A stretch of 64,000 nucleotides of DNA from contig DF237399.1 in assembly GCA_000708835.1 (NCBI GenBank), forward strand, positions 1-64,000, written 5' to 3'. The translations under genes were made by a program, and so were the position numbers. The notes under the pieces are model-generated. The model worked only from the letters and a program-made list of their open reading frames with translations. It had not been told where the DNA came from and did not search any database. This document shows positions 59,148-64,000 of the stretch, piece by piece. The first letter of the stretch is position 1, and each line of letters opens with the position of its first letter. This stretch comes from Klebsormidium nitens. Taxonomy: Eukaryota; Plantae; Klebsormidiophyceae.

Positions 59148-59916
59148 CCTTCAACACTGCTGCATTTGAGAATACCTATGCCCTCGAAGGCGGCGTTTGA
59201 GCTATGGTGGGAGCTTACATCAGGTCCCACATCATTCTCATTAGAGCAGCTGAGACGCTTAGAAATTCGATGATGTCAGTGCCACTGTAGCATAAAGAAG
59301 ACATATATTCGCTGCATAATTTGCGCTCATATGCAGTACAGCATGGATTGCTCACAAACACGCAGAAACTTATCTTGAATATTGCCGATTGAGGGCAGCC
59401 TGCCCTCAGAAGAACGTAAAACGGTCACTGTATAATCGAAGAAAAAGACAATAGGCGCATGCAGGCACGTTTTGCAAGCGGACTTCGGAGACCAAATTTT
59501 TGAATCAGAAGGAAATTGGAGGAAGAAGAGGGAAGGAGGGGGAAAGAGGGAGAAGGAGCCCGAGGCCGAGGGAGGAGCTAGGACTCGGAGGACAATGGAA
59601 GTAGGAGACGTGAGACTGGCTTACGAGCCCAATCCACTTCGCTGCGCTGCTATTCTAGCAGCATTGGCAGAGGGTATAAAAGTGGTCCTGAATTCGGGCG
59701 CATTTGCCAAACCGCTGATTGAAAGCCTGGTTCTCAAGAAGCTATCGGCCTGGAGACCGCTGTCAAGCGGAAGGCAATCAGCACTTTTGTATCCGGCAGT
59801 ATCTTAGCAGCATTGAAGGTGCTCTGAGGAGCTGCTGCACCTTAGTCTCCAAAGCCTTCAGGGTCAACGTTGTATCAGAAACGCAACAACCAGCCTTCAC
59901 TTTTTGTTATTCAAAA

Positions 59917-62738
59917 ATGGCAGGCACTTTGCGTACTTCCCTTTTGCCTGCGAGTGGCAACCTGACAACTGGCCTCGACGGTCAGAGCACCAGGCAAAAC
60001 GCTGCGAATTCAATGCTCCCAACAACTCCCCAGGCGAGCGCTGCTCAAGGGCTGAAAGGCCCGGTCATGATGAGTGCGCCCAAGTTGAAGCTTGTTGGGA
60101 TTGGAGGCTCACTGAGGAAGGCGTCCTGCAACAAGGGTCTGCTCAGAGCAGGTAACAGCTCTCTTCAAAACTTCTGCTCATTGTTAATCATGATGCGCAT
60201 TTTGTTCCTCTATCAGTGACTTATTTTTGCGTGGGCAAGATGTTGCCCCGAAGAATTTTGAAGGGAGATATCAATCATGTTCTGCCACCCTGGTACTAAT
60301 AAGCTCAATGCACAGAGCGCTGCTCATCAAGAATATGCTGAAGAGTTCTGTGAAGTCAATTCATGTATCTACCCCCTGCCATGAGCCCCTTGCGAAGCAT
60401 TACGTTCCAAAAGAGTAGACTTGACATCGTTGCCATTCTGTTAAGGAACTCCTCATATGGAGCAAGCCAGCTTTGCTTGCGTCGCCCTGGTTGAGAGTTG
60501 TATGGAATTACTTCTGTCGCATGCAGAAGGTGTTTCTTCAGGACAATGAGCTGCCCCTTTCTTTGCACAATCATTTTTGTCACTTGCATACTCCCTTTTT
60601 TCATCTCTTCTCCTCTGAACCTGAGATTGCATATTAGACCGTGAGTGTGGCTTTCTCGATTACCTTTCAACTTTGAGTAAAGAGCCCTTACTCTCTTGAC
60701 TTACGCATGTCCTGTCATACGGCTGCTCTCACATCCGCTGCATTCCCTCGAATCTCTGTCAACCAAGTGGTCTTGACAATCATTTGTCATCTGGTGCCAG
60801 GTCTTGAGTATGCCAATACCCTGCCCGGCATTGACGCCGTTACTGCGGACTACAGCCAACTGCCCCTTTACAACGGTGACCTCGAGACCAAGGAAGGTGA
60901 CATCATCAGGTTTCCCCCTGAAGTGGAGGAGTTCCGAGCCCTGGTCGCATCCGCAGACGCCTTCCTGTTTGCCGTTCCGGAATACAACTACTCTCTTCCA
61001 GGTGCGGCGTTGACGGTCCTTAGTTAGAAGAGCCCGCCTCATGGCAAAGGTCGATCAGCACATTCGAAACACAACCCGGCCTTCGCTGGTCCAGTCGGAA
61101 TAAAGGTCCCTGTTAAGAGGAAGTCGAGTGACATTTCGTGACATGCTTGTATCAGAGCTCCACACCAACAGTTAAGCTTTGCAGTTTGCAAGTTCTTGGG
61201 GCAAATACTCTGGCTAGAGGAACGGGCATCTTTTTCTAGACCTCCACAGAACTTCCGTCTTTGTGGGTCGAGGACGTTTCAGGGCTTTGTTGGCGTTTCG
61301 CTTGCCTGCATCTATTTACCGCCGATGCTTTAAAGATGCACGCCAGTTTGGGGTTTGCATCAGCACCGTGTGGAACCTGAAATGTAAAACTTGGCTTGCT
61401 TTCGATGATTTTACTGATATCCCTTTTTATCTCCATTGACAGGGGCCGTTGGCGTTGGATCCGCGCCAGGTCCTGACAACCCCCTCTCTGAACAGCGCTT
61501 GCAACAGCCTAATCCCTCTCACTTTGCAAGGCTCTCAAAAACCCGTTTCCTCTGGATCCAGATGGGAAGAGATTATTCGGAATCCACGAGCCGTTACTCC
61601 TAGCGCTGTGACCTCATTTTGCCACCCTTGCGTTTGAGTTGCAGGCGTCCTCAAGAACGCCATAGACTGGGCCTCTCGTGCCCCCAACTGCTTTGCCGAC
61701 AAGCCAGCAGCAGTCCTCGCAGCGGGGGGGATATCTGGAGGCATGCGTTCTGCAAATCACCTGCGCCAGGTAGGACGGTCATCGATCTTCCCGGGCTTGT
61801 CCCGATTTTTGTCCGAGAAGTCTGTTTCACAAGTTCTGCTTTGAGGAACATGGGGTGATTTTAGCTCCAAACAGTCGGATATGTTTGGGTCACGAATTAG
61901 TGAAAGTCCTTATATTTGCGTCCACTTGTCTTTTATCAGCCCTGTAATGCCAACGTTATGTCTGCCCGTACAAGGGGCAAATTACACGTGGACTCGGGAA
62001 AATGCTATTCATTGCCATGGTTAAGCCTTGCGCTCGTGCCTTTACTGAAGAGCAAGGCTTTGTCCGCCATCAGTTCTGGGTCGATTTGTTCACCGAGGCC
62101 AATTCGTTTCCACCTTTGTCCTCTGGTCATCTCCGTCGTCATTTTCAAGCCGGATGGCTCTTCCTTCGTCACATCAATGCTTCCATACACCGCTTCGCTC
62201 AAGCACGGCCATCATTCATTCTCCAAACTTTTAATTTCGCAAGGAAGAGGTTGCGGAACCTTCGGCCCATAAACGTCCTATGAGCTGATTCCGTCCAGTC
62301 TGATCACTACAGTGAAGAATGGTGCTCTGTTGCTTGATCCTCCATTTGTGTACGTTTTGAGTGTCATATTGACCCACGATTCCTCTAGTCAGTTGTTACT
62401 AGCGCTCGTCTTTCAACGTCGAGCAGGTGAAGCTACATTTTAGCAGATCCAGTACAGTCGCTCCTTTTCTTCGTATCGATCACAACAAAGCCACCACGAA
62501 TCAAACATAAGGTGCCCGAAACCACTCTCTTTGCCCGCTCTCTCAGGTGGGCGTCTTCTTAGACCTGCACTTCATCAACAAGCCAGAGTTACACGTGCAG
62601 ATATTTAGTAAGCCCTCACCATTCGATGCCGAGGGAAACGTGATTGACGAGAAGACAACCGAGCGCATTCATCGTGTTGTAGATTCACTGAGGGCTTTTA
62701 CCTACCGCCTCCACAGGGCAGCTAAAACTGAGCAATGA
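59917..62738 (+). CDS. NQR: NAD(P)H:quinone oxidoreductase / NADPH-dependent FMN reductase (flavodoxin-like), ~250 aa; join(59917..60151,60801..61001,61645..61769,62547..62738)
   Basis: GIGGSLRKASCNKGLLRA, LPLYNGDLE, ADAFLFAVPEYNYSLPGVLKNAIDWASR, DKPAA, GGMRS..HLRQVGVFLDLHFINKPE and FDAEGNVIDE. An alternative start is possible at ATG 60067. Confidence 0.93.
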
Positions 62739-64000
62739 GGAAGCTCACTGATGGTTTTCGCCTAAAAGTTGGTCGTTGTCCAACGCCCCTTCAGATGTTG
62801 AAACTGTGGGAGTACCATAGTAGGATCGATCGATTGGACTGGGATCATGTGCTAGGCTAGTGTAAATTAGGGGCTGATTCGGGTTCAGAAGGAACATCTG
62901 AGCTATGGTCTGAGGGGATTGACTGAACTGTGGACTTCTTGGGCCGCAGCTCTTGAGTGGTCTATGCTACAGGTTGAATAGGACCCTCAGTGCGTACTTA
63001 TTGTAGCGTTGCTTTGGAGTTCCGCAGGAAATGTTTGTGGGTAGCAAAACGAGAAGCATGCAAAAGCCAGCTTTCCGACTAGGTCCGATAGGGTTTGGCA
63101 ATTCCTCTAACACACGTTGAGTGATGGGACCATAGACTTCTTCACATTGCATTCGACAGTAGCAAGCAACTTTCATTCCAACCTTTTTAGATTTGAACTT
63201 GGTGACTCACTAGAAGCTGACATGTCATCCTTGCTTTGTGAATATATGCGTTGTCAAGTTCATGTTCCTGCCAAAGACCATAACACATGTTGAATGTATG
63301 TATGTGTACATATTAACTGCGTCCTGGTGAAGCAAATGGCATGTCAATTGAGTCTTTAAGGAACCCTGAGCGTCCATTGGGTTGTTACACTGTGTTACAA
63401 TAGTCTGTACGTAAATATTTGGATGCATATTATTCCCCAGTTGCAATTCTTGGCAACTTAATGCAGAACGTTGAAATACTTCATGGACGTCATTGAGGGC
63501 CTATGCGTTATACTTATAATTTGACCCTTCTCAGGAACCGAAGTCGGGCTGGCTCTTGCGACTCGATAACACACAAGACTAGTACGTGATGGTCTCCGAG
63601 TTTTCGTACGCGCCCCGCGGGCCGTATCCAAATAGGCCAAAGGCTTCTCATGTGGCATACATGTATGAAGTTGTGTCTTTTGCTTAGATCCTAGAGCTCT
63701 GCATCTCATGGACTATGCTCGTCTCTACCAAAAAGATGCCATTGCATCGTCTCTTTTCAAGGATTCTCGATGAACATTGCGCGCACAACGTCAACATCAC
63801 CATCATTGCATGTAGGTAGTATGTCTGGCGGCCGCGCGCATGCAGCCGAGGACCTATATATGCGCGCGCGTATTTGAGCGCCTTCACGGTTGTAACTTGC
63901 AGGCTGTACATAGCTACGCGTTACAGCCTGCAGGCGGCACGCTGTGCACGCATGCTCTTTTCCCGAACCCCCGTAGGATCAGAAGTGGAACTTGGTTGAA

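Noticed and set aside
62800-64000. ORFs at the right end of the window
   Set aside because: No recognisable protein motifs or splice structure; treated as 3'UTR/intergenic.

Overview
Eukaryotic nuclear DNA with GT-AG introns, GC-rich codons and land-plant-like proteins. The source is most likely a streptophyte alga such as Klebsormidium (inference only). Manual splicing gives 11 complete protein-coding genes, each with a continuous reading frame across all proposed junctions: an animal-type FUT8-like alpha-1,6-fucosyltransferase, a plastid 2Fe-2S ferredoxin-like protein, ABCI11/NAP14, COA5/PET191, GOS12, a CDPK-related kinase, an uncharacterised type II glycosyltransferase-like protein, an NFD4/nodulin-like MFS transporter, AAPT (CDP-alcohol phosphotransferase), a DnaJ-type zinc-finger protein and NQR (FMN-dependent quinone reductase). 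There is also a 290-bp Tc1/mariner-type MITE. No rRNA, tRNA, CRISPR array or autonomous transposon was seen. The most striking signal is that 5 of the 11 genes carry stacks of degenerate tandem copies of an exon edge plus its splice site inside the adjacent intron ('exon-edge echoes'). The best-aligned echoes differ from the live exon mostly at synonymous positions, and some keep residues closer to the land-plant consensus than the live exon does. Simple neutral decay of a tandem duplicate does not predict this. All exon calls and alignments were made by eye, family assignments come from remembered motifs, and no database search was run.
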